Assembly: GCA_010015585.1 (NCBI GenBank)
Contig: ML975149.1
Origin: Eremomyces bilateralis CBS 781.70
Taxonomy: Eukaryota
Strand: one strand, 5' to 3'
Length of the DNA stretch: 64,000 nt
Below, in pieces: positions 1-14,689 of the stretch. Below the pieces are notes generated by a model. It did not search any database and was not told where the DNA came from. It saw nothing but the letters and a program-made list of their open reading frames with translations. The position numbers and the translations under genes are program-made. Positions within the stretch are counted from its first letter, which is position 1. Each line of letters starts with the position of its first letter.

Positions 1-1473
1 TCTGTGCGGTGTGTGGACCATTGAGCTAAGCTGTATGTGGTTTAGACTCATCACAGAAAATTTTCAATGTTAGGTAATGCGAACGCCTGAGGCTCCCAGG
101 CACTAACAGCATCCCCTCCCTCTTCCGGCCAGGCACCGATATGAGAATACATATCAATCAGGATTCGTCATTCGAGTTATAACAGACGTATCATGCACAC
201 CCATATCACGTCTATTTGCTAGTAACTCTGGTTCTGTTCTTTCAATGGGCAATCTCCTATTATGTCCATCAATGATCAACATGCCAGAACTGGAGGCTTA
301 AGCTACATTACATACTGTGTACGTAGTACGTACCACCTATTCCGGATTCCGTATTGTCCTTGTCGGCAAAGAGCACGGTACCTGGCGATGTGGAGCACTC
401 TAACGATTTTTGTACGAACTTCCAATCAGTCCTTGATTCCTTCCACCACTGCAAACCCTTTCGTATCCTACTGTCCGTATTTCGCTTCGGCTTTCTCCAA
501 CTAATGACACCGCAATTTAACAATTCAGAAGAATCCCACTGTCCACATTATGATTCATGCAAGTGAAAAGGGGTTGGATATTGAAAGGCTAAAAAGGGGT
601 CGCTCTCAAATCTCGCCAATAATGACGGGGTAATTCACGGCCGAAACCTACCCATGGTCCAATATCTGGTATCCTCCAACGTGAGCTTGCGCAAGTCGGC
701 AAGTCGTCCCCGACCTGGTGCCGACGCGCCGTGGTCGGTGGCAAGCTTGCGAAAGTTGCGATCCAAGACCGATGGACAATCTCGGCGGGCGAGCGGGACA
801 CAAGCGCCAACGAGAGGTCCGAAATGATGCTCCCAACTTCACGCCATCAGCAAAAGAAGCAATTGAACCTGGCCCCCTGCATTTTGCATGCCACGGGGCG
901 AATGTGAATCCTGGCATGAAATATTGATGATGTGAAAGCCGGAAGGAGCATCGATTCTTTCAGTATCGTGCCTTGACTCGGTGACGGCGGGCAATATCAA
1001 GTTATCAACTACTGATGGTGATGACAATCCGATCCCACCACGTAAAATAAATCCCGAATCGTGGCGGAACTCAGAAGGCGAAGTGGACCGCTGGCCGTGG
1101 AAGTGTCCTTCAGGGGTAGAAAACCAAGGTTCTCAATGAGTTGGGCACTTGAGCGATGGAACCGGCTAGCGGAAGTGCGGAACAATAGTCCCGTGGCTAA
1201 CGGCGTGACGGGACGACACTTGGAATCATGGACACGTCGGCATGGAGCAGCGTCGCGACGATACGAATTTGAAATGCCGAACGAGAAATATTACCATGCC
1301 GATGAGGATGCAAAATATTACGGTATCACCAGGAAGTCGGTTTATGTAGAATTAAACGCTTTCATGCGGGGTCGATTGATGTGGTGTAATACCTAATCCG
1401 AATATGATCATGCCCCGGGTCCCAGCTACTTATGTACATGAAGGATGAAAAAGAACCATACGCTATGAGGTTG

Positions 1474-3399
1474 TTACAAAATGGCTGCGAACGTCATCGC
1501 GATACAAGCCAGGCTCAATATGAACCTTGGACCTGCCACCGATGCGTCACCTGTTGTGGCGGGGGATAAAGGGGACGCGTTGGTGGACGGGCAGATTTTC
1601 TCCAGATCAGCCCCGGCCATGTCAATGGGAATCCAGACCTGGTTGATGGTTAGCATTACGTTGGGTAACAAGTGCGCGGTGTCCAGGCGTACCTGAGGCT
1701 CCCCCTTTGTCAGAGTGGTCAAAAACGACCCATATGCGCCCGTCTTGGTCGTTTGGCAGCTCAACACATCGACAATCGGAAGGCCGTCTTTCCAGTTGGT
1801 GTCACTGATAGTTAACGGACCGAAGTCCGGCGCAGTGGACCCCTTATTTGTCACAATGGATACTAAGCTCATATCAAACCCTTTTCGAGTCGCCACGACG
1901 TTGTTGTCAGAATAAACGAGCTTGCTCTTGTGCCTCCAGTAACCATTATATTGGGGGCTCTTCTCCCACCTCACAAACCAGTTGCGCGCCAAGTTGATTC
2001 GCTTTGTCATCTGGTACAGAGGGCTTGTGGTGTCGTAACCGGAGGTCCAGAGCGCCTCGCGGTTGTCTGGATCGGAGCCGCCAACGAATTCCTGTTCCTG
2101 TCCATAATATCCCACGGGGATTCCATCCCCCAGCATGGCGTAGACAATCGCGTTCTTGCGGTTCGAAATGTCCTGGATGGCGGAGCCGAAACGGGGGAGA
2201 TCGTGATTCTCGCTGAAGGTGCCGAGAAGGGTCGTGTCCGTGCAGTTGGCCTTTAGGTCGTCCAACGTTCCTTGTAAGTTGCCAGCGGGGTTCTCCGGAT
2301 GAGCGAAGATCTCCACGATGCGGTACAGGAGAGGGAAATTAAGGACGGCGTCCAGCCCATGGACCATGTATTCGCAGGCCTCTGATGGAACCTCCGTGTA
2401 GACTTCTCCGATGGTATAGGTGTTTTGGACGTGGTCATGGAAGTCCTCCCAGAAGTCCTTTCGCACGTGTTTCGTCGCGTCGATTCGGAATCCATCGACT
2501 TCAATCGGTCAGTATGTTTCCCAAGCTCGAACCGCCGGGTGTCCTTACTCGCGTATTTCTGGATGAAGTCGTTTGCCCAATCCTGGAAGAACTTGCGGAT
2601 TACGGGGGACTCGGTATTGATATCGGCGAGGGAGACCTCGTCATTTCCTAGCCAGCACTATCTCTATGTCAGATTGTGCTCCATGAACCTTGCGCGGAGA
2701 CATGCGTACCTGCTGGTAGTCCGTGGGATCGGTGTAATTGGTAATGGGGCAATAAGTGTGGAAAGAAGACTTTTGATTGAAAGGTGCGGGGAATTGGGCG
2801 TAATCGACTGAACTACCCGGGCCAGGCCATGCGAGGTTATTCATTAGGATATCGACCATTAAAAACTAGAGGAAACATGATAAGCGATGAGCATCGATAG
2901 CTGCTGGCAGGTCCACTCACCATGCCCCGGTCGTGAAGCGCTTTCGAAAGGTCCTTCAAGTCCTCATCGGTCCCGAAATGTGAGTTGAGTTGCGTGACAT
3001 CTTGCTGCCAGAAGCCATGATAGTTCTCTCCGGCCAGTGGCGAATCTACACCTTTGACAACTGGCGATATCCAGACCTTTTCGTTTGACGTTAGATTAGG
3101 AATAGGGGTAGTTGCACTGGGGAACATACGGCAGTGAAGCCCATATCTTGGATATAGTCCAAGTGGTCGATTATACCTCGCCATGATCCTCCACATCGCT
3201 TTTTGGCCTGCGTATCGCACAAGGCATCGGTACTGCCATCAGTGCGGGCGAAACGATCGGTGATAAGTTGGTAGATTGATCGGTCTCGCCAGTCATCGGG
3301 CGATGCCGCGCTGGCGCTGTGGATTAAGGCAAATAGTATTAAAATAACATTGAATAAAACGAATGGATTCGACAAAGCCGTCGAAGAAGCAGATACCAT
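1474..3399 (-). CDS. GH13 alpha-amylase-like protein, AgtA/AmyD type (secreted, likely GPI-anchored 4-alpha-glucanotransferase), 6 exons
   Basis: N-terminal signal peptide followed by [23 protein letters not shown]13 regions: DILMNN (I), [10 protein letters not shown] (II), GEVY (III), FSENHD (IV). Ser/Thr-rich linker and hydrophobic C-terminal tail (GPI-signal-like). Introns approximately 3129-3077, 2920-2866, 2709-2658, 2548-2499 and 1692-1639. Confidence 0.9.
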
Positions 3400-6300
3400 C
3401 GTGTTGATATCTCGTCAGGTCATCACGCAGATATGCTGAGTCGAAACGAGTTCCCCGGAGGTACCAAAGGGTGGAGGAGCTATAGGTAGTGGGACAGCCA
3501 CCACGAGAGATGAAATACGAGTGAGCACAAATCTGGAGAAGACGATGGGCGATCCTGGGAAGAAAAGCACTGGCACCAAACTCGACTCTTCCTCAAAAGT
3601 CAACACTCAGAAGCAGGACCTGTATTAACGAAAGACGGGAAACAAGTGGATCAAAAGAGGCCCAAAAGCACCGAGGGAACGACTGAAGAGTGAAGACTGA
3701 AGAGGTAGGAGGCTCAAACTGGACTGAGGGTCACAATGAAAAACCACAAAGCACGAGGAAAATCCTGCGATTCTAGCAAAGAGAAGGGGATCACACGCTA
3801 CCAGAAGAGACCCCATTGTGATTGGCGAAGGTCTGAACTCTGAACTCTGAAGGATCGAATGCCATGCCACAGTCGGTTGCCAGGTAGCCAATACAATAGC
3901 CAGTAGCGAAGTCTAGTGCCATCGATTGGATCCATTAATATTAGCCTCTCCCCAAAGCGGTAAGGAGGACTTTGAAGGGGGCTCCTTGTGAAGGCGAATA
4001 GCGAATTAGCGATAATGGAAGGGCAAATTTGATAGAGAATGCCCGCTGACCAGCAGCAGGGCGTTCGTATTAGGTAGAGAGTCGGAAGACCGAAGAGACA
4101 GAGAATTAATTCGGTTTGCTCTGTGATGATCCATTCATTGGCTTATGCCTGGGTCCGACGCTCAACCGCCAGGCAAGTCGGACCCCAACTGAGTTCGGGC
4201 GTTCAGGTGTTCAGGAAGAAGGGGCTTTGTTGTTCCTCTTCATATGATCAGATGAGGGCAAGCTTGACGGAAATCAGGGGATGTTCCTGGGAAGTGGGAC
4301 GTGAGAACTCTGGGGTGCTGCCCTATTAATAATGGTCGTGATCTCCATGGCCATCCAACGTTTGCAAACCCGACATGTAGATCTGCCACCTTTGATATGC
4401 TGATGTCCTACATTACATGTGGAAATACGGAAATCGGTTTCAACATCAAGGAACGGGAGGGAAGAGAATGGGTTAATTACTCCAATGAAGATTCTGGACT
4501 CTTGTGCGATTCGGATAGAATGGAACTCTCACGGCCCGGCTTCAGTACCTTAGCTTCTCCCCAGGGTCAGTAGTGGTAATGACAGATGAGAAATAAGCTC
4601 AACAAAGAGGATCCAACAGGGCGGTTCCTTGCGAAGATAAGCACTACCCAGTGCGGCTTGCACGAAATTCACGCTAACGGCCTTAGCCGCCGTTCTGTCG
4701 GAGGTATAGTGGGTCAGGCAAGAACTGAACCGGGATAAAGCTGACATTGTGTACTAGCTTGGCATGCTTGGTACAATGGAAATGGACTAACGCGCATTAA
4801 TCCCGCGCCACTCATTCTATTTCTCGGGACTCTCGCCTTCGGCCGTACAGGCATTACGGTCGTAGCGTGCCAATATTGCTTGACTGGTAATAAAAAGGTA
4901 CAAGATACTAGAAGTTACATAATAATACGTCAGCAGTCAGCATTGTACCAACCCCCTTGCCTAACAACCTGGCAGCCTTACTGCCTTCTGGTCCCAAACG
5001 AATGCAAGCGAACCAGCAGTTCGCGTTTAACTTGACGACAAAAATACTCTTCTGCTCCTCATCGTATTATCTGTCTCAGTATGATTGTATCAACCATTAA
5101 ATGTTTGTCATGTCATGGAGCGTGCTCTGTGATTCCAAACTGCATGTAGTTCCGTCTGAGTCTGATCTCTGAATATCCACCATGGATCCCCTTATTCTGG
5201 CCAGGTCCCTTTCGGCTGTAATTTGTTATTTTCCGCTACGGAACTTGCTTATTAGTTATTTGGGTCTAGTCCCTGCTCCATAATTTCTCCCTACCCTCGT
5301 CTTCGACGATGCACCGCCCGGGTCCCTAAAATACCTAAAATACCTCCCTACCAGGAAGCCGAGCCTGATGGGCTGGGAACTCCAAGCTCATCCAAGCCCT
5401 TGATCGAGAAAAAAAGTGCTTGGTGCTTGGCCTTGCTGATACCCTCGCCACAGTGAGCGGGAGCTACACACGTAATCCTAAGTATCCCGTTTTAGCTTCA
5501 CCGCCGTGCCCCGCCGGGACGCCTTGGATGTTTTCGATCGGTCCCGGTCCTTGTGTCAAGTCTATTGCATTCCCCCTGTATGAGCAGTTGAAGATCTGGT
5601 CAACTTCGAGAATGGTTCGACACCATCGTGCTGACATCTCCACCAACACCGGTGCTGGGTCAAGGGTGAGCCAAAAGTTTCTAGCGTAATCCCCTTTTGC
5701 CATATCGAGAACATTTACTCTGTGCTGTTGGACCTTCACTCGCCTCTGTCTTTTGATGATTATTATTGAGACTCCCCTGAGCCCTTCAGTTGGTACGCTG
5801 GTTGCTGTCGCCAGTTTCCATACACTTTCTTATCCCGCTTTAGCACAGCTCTTCAAACATCTTGCTTCCGTCCATGCCCTATTAGTATACCGCCACTACT
5901 CCTTAGTTGATCTTTAGACATTGAGGAATTCTCCGCTTTGTGGCAAGCTGAGTAAACATCATGCAGCGGGAAGACCCTTTTCCACTCAACGTGAACCCTG
6001 TCTAACTCCACATCCGGAAAAACACAACACATAGCTATTGTAATACAGTCCGGAGCTAGGGCATCGTGTCGCGAGCTCCGTTGTGTAAAGCAAAGCACGA
6101 TATTCACCCAGGAGAGCGTAATCAGCGAGTCCTTTCATCCCTCGTCAGCACCTTATTGTTCCAAGCAGATCGTGCGCCGCAGAACGTGATATACACAAGC
6201 CATGCTCTATCCGGTTGGGATAAGGATGAATAGACCCTGCAAACCTTGATCCGGGCATCCCCCGTGTTCGAAGGTCCTAACCAATTTTCGCACCCGCTAC

Positions 6301-6833
6301 AGGGAGACGGGCAGATGGCGTTCCAGCGATCCGTCACATTGGTCCGAACCCATCCCTGCTACTTCTCAGCCGCTTCGACATTGGTCTCGACACCGCCCTC
6401 TGCAAGTTGGCATGTCACCAACCTTATGGCTGTTGCACGCGGACTCGTCGGTCAACATGGAGACTGGACAGACTAGCCACCCAAAGCTAGTGTCCAAGAG
6501 GCTCAGGGCTGAGCCAAAAATACAACAAAGCTGATGTCTGTTGTCCGCCTGTCCCCTCATATCAAATTTCATTTAGTGGAGATCTGATGGTTAGGTAGGT
6601 AATCACCTTTCCTTACAGTCTTTTGGACAATCTTCGCAAGTCGCAACCTTCAACTTCAACTTCCCTAAACCTTCTGATATCGGGCGAAATGCCATTTGTC
6701 GTTTGACAAGTTAACCGCTATACACTCTCCGTCTTTTATTCTTGGATTTGTTGCATTTTGCGAGCCTCTTCGGTGTAATATTTGGAGCATCTTGCTTCGC
6801 CTAGGAGAGGCGAGGCATTCAAGCGATCTGGTC

Positions 6834-9800
6834 ATGTTTTACCGTTCATTTCTTTTCGGCTTCTTCACATTCGCCTCTGGTATCAATGCTTTGAGGTACG
6901 ACCCGGAATACGTGGATTGGAACCTGAACACGAATGAGTTCGCGACCAACCCGACCGACTATTCAGGGAAATGGGAAAACCATGATTTCCACATATCGCC
7001 TGATAACTGGCGGTTTCCATTTTACACCATCTTCTTGGATCGATTTGTCAATGGCGACCCCTCTAACGACAATATCAATGGAACGGCTTTCGAGGTGGAC
7101 ATACTTTCAAATCAGCTGCGCAATGGAGGGGACATCGCCGGTCTCCAGAATTCCTTGGACTACCTCCAGGGTATGGGTGTCCAGGTATGCGACATCTATC
7201 TTTGATGAAAGTCGCCTTATGCTAAGCTGTCTTTAGGGTATCTACTTAGCAGGTAGTCCTCACATCAATCAACCTTGGTCGGCCGATAGTTTCAGTCCCT
7301 TGGACCTTACGATGCTCGATTGGCACTATGGTAATATTACTGCGTGGCGGGATCTAATAGACGATATGCACGCCCGTGGGATGTATGTCGTACTGGATAA
7401 CACGATATCGACGTAAGTCTCTCCTCATGGTCTTCAACTAATGCTTGTGCTGACTTGCCTAAGTATGGGCGACCTGATTGGATTTGATGGATATTTGAAC
7501 ACTTCAACACCCTTCAGCTTCAAGGAACATAAAGCTGTATGGAAAACCGACCGACAATATCTCGATTTTGTGATCGACGAAGACGAGATGGAAGACTGCG
7601 AATACCCTCGCTTCTGGGACGAACGTGGTGAGCGCGTTGGCAGCAACGTCACTGACCTGATGACCTCGTGCAAGCGAAGCGACTTTGATCAGGTATGATC
7701 ATTTTCTACATCGATCTTGAGCAATAGCTGACATGGACATAGTACGGTGATGTCGCCTCCTTCGGTGAATACCCCGAGTGGCAGAAGCAACTCTCCAAGT
7801 TCGGTTTCGTACAGGACCGATTACGAGAATGGCAGCCGTCTGTTATGGATAAAATCGTTCGATTCTCCTGCCTTACCATTCAGATGTTGGACATCGACGG
7901 CTTCCGTATCGATAAAGCCTTAACCATCACCCTCGACGCCCAAGCCGAGTGGAGCAAACGGATGAGGGAGTGCGCAGCTGAAGTTGGGAAAACCAACTTC
8001 CTCATCACGGGCGAAATCGTCGCTGGTAATGCCCTCGCCGCTCTGTATCTCGGCCGAGGAAAGGAACCCCAAATGGCATACCGCGAAGTAGAGGATGCTT
8101 TCCTTGCTGACAACGACACCGACCTCGCCACCAACATTCGGGACATCAGTGCAATGGACTCAGCCACCTTCCATTATTCCGTCTATCGAAGTTTGACTCG
8201 GTTTCTGGGGATCGATGGTGTTTACGGTGCTCAAATGGATATCGCGATCAACTGGGCCAAAGGTTGGCAGGACATCCTGAAGACTAACGACATGATCAAC
8301 ACGAACACTGGCAAATTCGATCCACTCCATCTTTATGGAACCACGAATCAGGACGTTTTCCGCTGGCCTGGCATCACGAACGGAACTAAAAAGAATCTAC
8401 TCGGAAACTATGTGACGACTATGATCATGCCAGGCATTCCCATTCTGATGTGGGGCGAGGAGCAAGCCATGTATGTGCTTGAGAACACTGTAGGCAATTA
8501 CCTCTTCGGCCGTCAGCCATTGTCGTCCACGATTGCATGGCAACTCCACGGTTGCTACCGCGTGGGTTCCGAGAAATACGACAATTTCCCCTTCGACCAG
8601 TGTCTGTATGGCTGCGAGGACATGAATGTCAGCTTGGATCACCGCGATCCCTCGCACCCGATCCGCAATGTCATTAAGCGTATGTACGAGATCCGTCGTC
8701 AATTTCCAACGGTCAATGATGGATTTATGATGGAACAACTGTCCACTCAAACACATTGGGTCTACCTTCCCGGATCCGGTGGAACTGGTACCGAGCTCGG
8801 GATGTGGAGCAGCGTGCGTCGAAGACAGCCAGATCTCCAAGATTTCACCGGACAGGGTGCCGGAAACGAAATGGTTTGGCTTCTATTCAGCAACGAAAAC
8901 CAGCTGACGACCTTCAACTTCGACTGTGCCACTAAAGAGTCAAACCGCGAGGACAACAAGACACTTGTTGCCCCTTTCGACGCCGGCACCACGGTCAAGA
9001 ATCTCTTCTATCCCTACGAAGAGTACACACTAGAATCTGGGGGTGTCGAGCACAACTTCGAGAATACCACCGGCTCTGGATGCCTATCGGCCATCGACAT
9101 TCCTGCGTGGGGTTTTAAAGCCTTAGTTCAAAAGAAGGCGTTCAAGGAACCAGCACCGAGTGTCACCAAATTTCTCCCCGGACATGACTACAGACTCCAG
9201 TCGAGGGTGGGCCCCAACGATAAGGAGTCTATCAAGATCGAATTCCACTTCTCAGAAATAATGGATTGTGACTCCGTGAGGGACTCCATCTCGCTCACCT
9301 CTGAGACCCATGATGGCTCCGTTCCGATCGTCAATAGAGCCACTGTACAGTGCCTGACTTTGCCAGCGATCGATATGCCTGAATTTTCAGGAGAACCAGC
9401 GGGTGTTTGGCAATTTATCACCAACCTTGACAATTTGGCCAACGGTATCCACAGGATCACGCTGACGAACGCAACGAGCAAGGGGGGAGAGCCATCTGGA
9501 ACTAAAGACAACTTTTTTCTTCGAGTGGGACAAGTAGACAACCCCATGGTGTTCCCACAAGGCGCAAACTATTCCACCAGCCTCGTCAAGAAGAGTGGCG
9601 ACAAAATTCGTGTCGAACATCGCGCTCCCGGTGCGACCAAATTCCGTGTCAGTCGCGACTACCAATCCTCTTGGACCGATTGGATGCCATATGACGGTAA
9701 TACTCCTTATGAACCGGCGCCGCGGAACTGGACCGGAACGAAGAAGCAGGACTGGGAGGAGGAGCACATCATCGTTCAATACTGGAGTCACCTTGCTGGG

Positions 9801-12800
9801 AGCAGCCATCATCAACAGGAAGGTGACTTGATCGAGGGCAATGTTGAAGACTTTCCACCGCGACGGTTCCCCCACGTATTCATCAATGGCCTTTTCAACC
9901 AATTTGGCTTTGACTCCGGGATGAAGAACCAGATGTCACTCAACAAAACTGGCTTTTGGAATTTCGACTTCATGGCGGACTGGCCCACCAATTTCCAGTT
10001 CAACATCTGGGGCATGAATCCCAGCGGCCAGCCTGACAAGACCTGGATCTACGGTGACGTCAACAAAGACAAGGTCTTGGACCGCCTTCCCCCTGGATCG
10101 TTGCTCGTCAACGTCGTGAACATTACGGAGTTTCCTAAACCTCCTTTCGCTGCTTGGCGTATTGTCCTGGACGATCGTGCCTTCAAGTACACCCTCCTAC
10201 CTACGGGGTCAAGCTCCGCGCAGTTAGCTCTGTTCTGTTTACTGTGGTTCTTCCCGCTCGCAATTGCTGCCGCCGTTGTGTATATCTTCATCAAGTCCTA
10301 TTACCAAGTGAAGTTCAACGAGATCGGTGCCGAGGAAAAAAGTGGTGCCCTCATCCCGCTTGCTTTGCGAAACAAGCTCCGTCGCCTCTCATCCGATGGT
10401 CGGGAGAAGGACCGGGTGTTGGGTGCTGGCATCCGGGAATCCTTCGACTCTCACCGCAGTCCATTTGGTGCTCTTCAAGCAGACGCTGGAGATCCTGAAC
10501 GTCGCACCGTCTTGATTGCTACCATGGAGTACGACATTGAGGACTGGAAGATCAAGATCAAGATCGGTGGTCTTGGTGTCATGGCCCAGCTCATGGGGAA
10601 AAATCTCGGTCACCAGGACCTCATCTGGGTCGTCCCTTGTGTCGGTGGCATGGATTACCCGATTGATCAAGTCGCGGAACCCATGTATGTGACCATCCTA
10701 GGCAAAGATTACAAAATCGATGTCCAGTACCACAAGCTACGCAACATCACGTACGTCCTTCTTGACGCTCCGCTATTCCGACAGCAGACAAAGAACGACC
10801 CCTACCCTGCTCGTATGGACGACTTGGACAGTGCCATTCTCTACTCCGCATGGAACTCGTGTATCGCTGAAGCCATTCGGCGATTCCCTGTGGATATCTA
10901 CCACATCAACGACTATCACGGTGCCTTGGCACCTCTGCACCTTCTTCCCGAGGTCATCCCTGCCTGTCTGTCTCTGCATAACGCAGAGTTTCAAGGTCTC
11001 TGGCCGATGCGTACCGAGAAGGAGAAGGACGAAGTGTGCAAGGTGTTCAACATCGACCCTGACACTGCTGCCAAGTACGTCCAGTTTGGTGAGGTCTTCA
11101 ACCTCCTTCACGCTGGTGCCAGCTATATCCGCGTCCATCAGAAAGGTTTCGGCGCGGTTGGTGTCTCCAAGAAGTATGGTAAGCGTTCATATGCGCGTTA
11201 TCCCATTTTCTGGGGTCTGTCCAAGATTCGCAGTCTTCCCAACCCGGATCCTTCGGATACAGGAGAATGGAATCCGAATGAGTATGCCGGGGCAACCATC
11301 ACCGTCGATCGCGAATTCGAGGCAGGCCGAGGGGACCTCCGACGCCAGGCACAAGAATGGGCAGGATTGGAGCAGAATCCGACCGCGGAGCTATTCGTGT
11401 TTGTCGGCCGTTGGTCGATGCAGAAGGGCGTGGATCTCATTGCGGATGTGTTCCCATCGGTTCTGGCGAACAATCCCAATACCCAGATCATTGCAATCGG
11501 TCCAGTCATTGACTTGTACGGCCGGTTTGCGGCGCTGAAGCTTGAGAAACTGACGAAGCTCTACCCTGGCCGTGTGTTCTCCCGTCCTGAGTTCACACAA
11601 CTCCCTCCATACATCTTCAGCGGTGCCGAATTTGCTCTCATCCCGTCTCGTGATGAGCCTTTTGGTCTCGTCGCTGTCGAATTCGGTCGTAAAGGCGCAC
11701 TCGGTGTTGGCAGCAAAGTCGGTGGTTTGGGTCAAATGCCTGGTTGGTGGTTCACCATTGAGTCGAACGCAACGAAGCACTTGATCAAGCAGTTCAAGAC
11801 GGCCATTAATGAAGCTTTGGCTTCCTCCCAAGAGACTCGTTCGATGATGCGTGCTCGATCTGCCAAGCAACGATTCCCAGTCGCTCAATGGGTCGAAGAT
11901 CTCAGCAAGCTACAATCTACTGCGATCAGGACTTCCAGAGAGAATTGGAACAAGTCAAAGGCATCTTCTGTCAGGAATATTTTCTCCAGTCGCCCCGGTA
12001 GCCGAGCAGGTTCGCCAAATGCTAGCCAGCTGGACATCAGCTGGCCATTACACGGCAGCCCTGGCCAAGATCAAGCCTTGATGTCCGCACCTCCTTCTCC
12101 ACTCCTCACCCCGAGACTTCCATACAGCGACAATCCGTCTCCTCGTTTGTCGGTGGCGACCACAAGCTCGTTTGGCGACCTCGCGCCTCCTCCCATTTCC
12201 GAGCGTGGCCTTAGCATCTATGGCTCCGTGACGTCGGATCAGAAGAGGGAGAGGCGACTTTCAAATCTCAGTATCCATTCCGTTGTCGGTGAGCGGACAG
12301 ATTTCGCCCTTCAGAAGGTTGACCCTTTCTTCACCGATTCCAGCGGACACTATTACCGCGAGTTCGAGAAGAAGCTCGACAATCTTGGACCGAAGAACTC
12401 TGAGACAGACCTCTGCATTGAGGAAATTATCACAAAGAGCGAGAAAAAATGGTTCGAGGAATACAGAGGGGCGAAGCTGGGCCAGTCGTCCAAGAACGCC
12501 TCGTCGATTTCGCTGCACAAAGGGCTGAAGAGACCGAGTCCTGGACTTGAATCATCTGCCTCTTCCATCCGCTCGTTCAGCCGTAATGGCCGTGGTGGAG
12601 AGGATTCTTTCTTCCACCATTACTCCGACGATGAGCTCGACGACACGATGAGCACCACCAGTTCATACAATGAGGAGTTTGAACTCGGTGAGAACTACAT
12701 TCCTCCGACGGGCCTGCGTCGCTTCATGCTCCGCAAGGTCCTTGACTGGCCCATCTACACCTTCGTTCTTGCGTTCGGGCAAATCATCGCTGCCAACTCG

Positions 12801-14128
12801 TATCAAATTACGCTTCTCACTGGTGAGGTCGGTCAGGGGGCCAGCACGCTATACGTTATTGCTAGCATCTATGCGATCACATCTGTCCTATGGTGGTTCG
12901 CGTTCCGTCGTCTAAAATCGCTTTGGGTTCTTTCCTTACCATTCGCCCTCTATGGTGTCGCCTTCCTTTTCATCGGGGTGGCGCCGTTCGTCAGTATGGC
13001 TGGTCGTGGTTGGGTCCAAAAGGTCGCGTCTGGTTTCTACACGACAGCATCATCCAGCGGTAGTATTTATTTCGCCCTAAACTTCGGTGATGAAGGTATG
13101 TCGATTTATTTTCCCCCTATATTTCCATCTGGCCAGCGCTAACTCGATACAGGTGGTGCACCTGTCAAAACATGGGTCCTCCGGGCATGCATCATTCAAG
13201 GAACGCAACAGATCTACGTTAGCGCTCTTTGGTTTTGGGGATCGGCGCTTAGTCGCCTATCTGATGAAGGTGTCGAGACGACCAGTGTGGCTCCTACGGC
13301 AGTTATCGCTGGTGTTTGTCTGCCAGTTGCCGTCCTATTATTCGCACTAGCAGTGATCACCTTCATGGGGCTTCCAAAGTACTACCATCAAGTTCCTGGC
13401 GCTGTGCCGTCGTTCTATAAGTCCATCTACCGACGAAAGATCATTCTGGTAAGTTTTTAGCATTCCAATGTGTCTCCTGGCGTATCCTGACATGTTTCTA
13501 GTGGTTCTTCGTCGCCGTCGTGATTCAGAACTTTTGGCTAGCCTCCCAATACGGTCGCAATTGGCGTTTCCTCTGGACAAGCCACAACACCCACAGTTGG
13601 CAGATCCTCATTCTCCTCCTCTTCTTCTTCCTTGGCGTCTGGGCCTTCTCTCTCTGGGTCTTGGGCCGCCTCACCAAAGCGCATTCCTGGATCCTCCCTA
13701 TCTTCGCCATTGGTCTCGGCGCTCCTCGTTGGTGCCAGATGCTTTGGGGTACTTCTGGCGTCGCCGCCTACCTCCCCTGGACTTCCAGTCCAGTCACCTC
13801 CGCTCTTCTTGCCCGCGCCCTGTGGCTTTATCTCGGCGTGCTCGATGCTCTCCAGGGCGTCGGGTTCGGTATGATCTTGCTACAGACCATGACCCGGTTT
13901 CATAATACTTTCGCCCTCATCGCGGCACAGTTCCTCGGTTCCATCGCAACCATCATCGGTCGCGCTATCGCCCCCAACAACCTCGGTCCCGGCCCTGTAT
14001 TCCCGAATTTTGCGTTAGGAGCAGGTGGCTTGGCCAACGCTTGGTTTTGGATCTGCTTACTGATGCAAATCGCGATCTGCATCGGATTTGCCCTCTTCTT
14101 CAGAAGGGAACAACTTTCCAAGCCTTAA
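6834..14128 (+). CDS. alpha-1,3-glucan synthase (Ags/Mok family), multi-exon
   Basis: Signal peptide, extracellular GH13-like domain (DRFVNGDPSND, DGFRIDKA), a TM segment, a glycogen-synthase-like domain (KIKIGGLG, HNAEFQG, PSRDEPFGLV) and a C-terminal multi-TM domain ending EQLSKP. ATG at 6834; GT-AG introns join the ORF-track pieces. Confidence 0.97.
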
Positions 14129-14689
14129 AAGGCTCTCGGTTGGATATTTGTATGAAAATTAGGATGAGCTGGGAAATTGTAATGTCTACTTTCTTATATG
14201 ATAACCCTCCTTCATAAGGATCTCATTTGGTTCGGTTGCTTGGGTCGTTTTCGGCAACGGCATTTGGCAAACGCATGGCATTGGAGTTTTGAATGGAGAA
14301 GGTGGTTTTATTTTCTGTAAATAGATCAAGTAGATACAAAATGATCTCTTAATGATACCATATTGAACTCTACATGCTGCGCCTATGTACTTCTCGTCAA
14401 AATCACAATCCATTAATAACTACATCAAAACACGTCGTGTGTACTCCAAAATTCAATCAATTGTGTATCAAAGTATGCTCTACCTCATAATTTTTATTTT
14501 TTTACATGTCTATACTTGTGTCTAGTGGAAAACGCTAATATGTAGTGAACTTGGCCGCGCCGAAACCGTGATCTAGCCATGGTTCCCGAGTTACGGTCAA
14601 ATGCACCTGGAAAACACGCATTAGATGTCATATAACGCCTTTCTCGATCGGTATTCACGCGAATATCCCATTTTTATGCACGATTTATG

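Noticed and set aside
1..1400. Short ORFs (e.g. 1061-1396)
   Set aside because: No recognisable motifs or splice structure; probably intergenic or 3' flank.
3400..6830. Many 60-90 aa ORFs in the agt-ags intergenic region
   Set aside because: No homology cues; consistent with a long divergent promoter/5' UTR.
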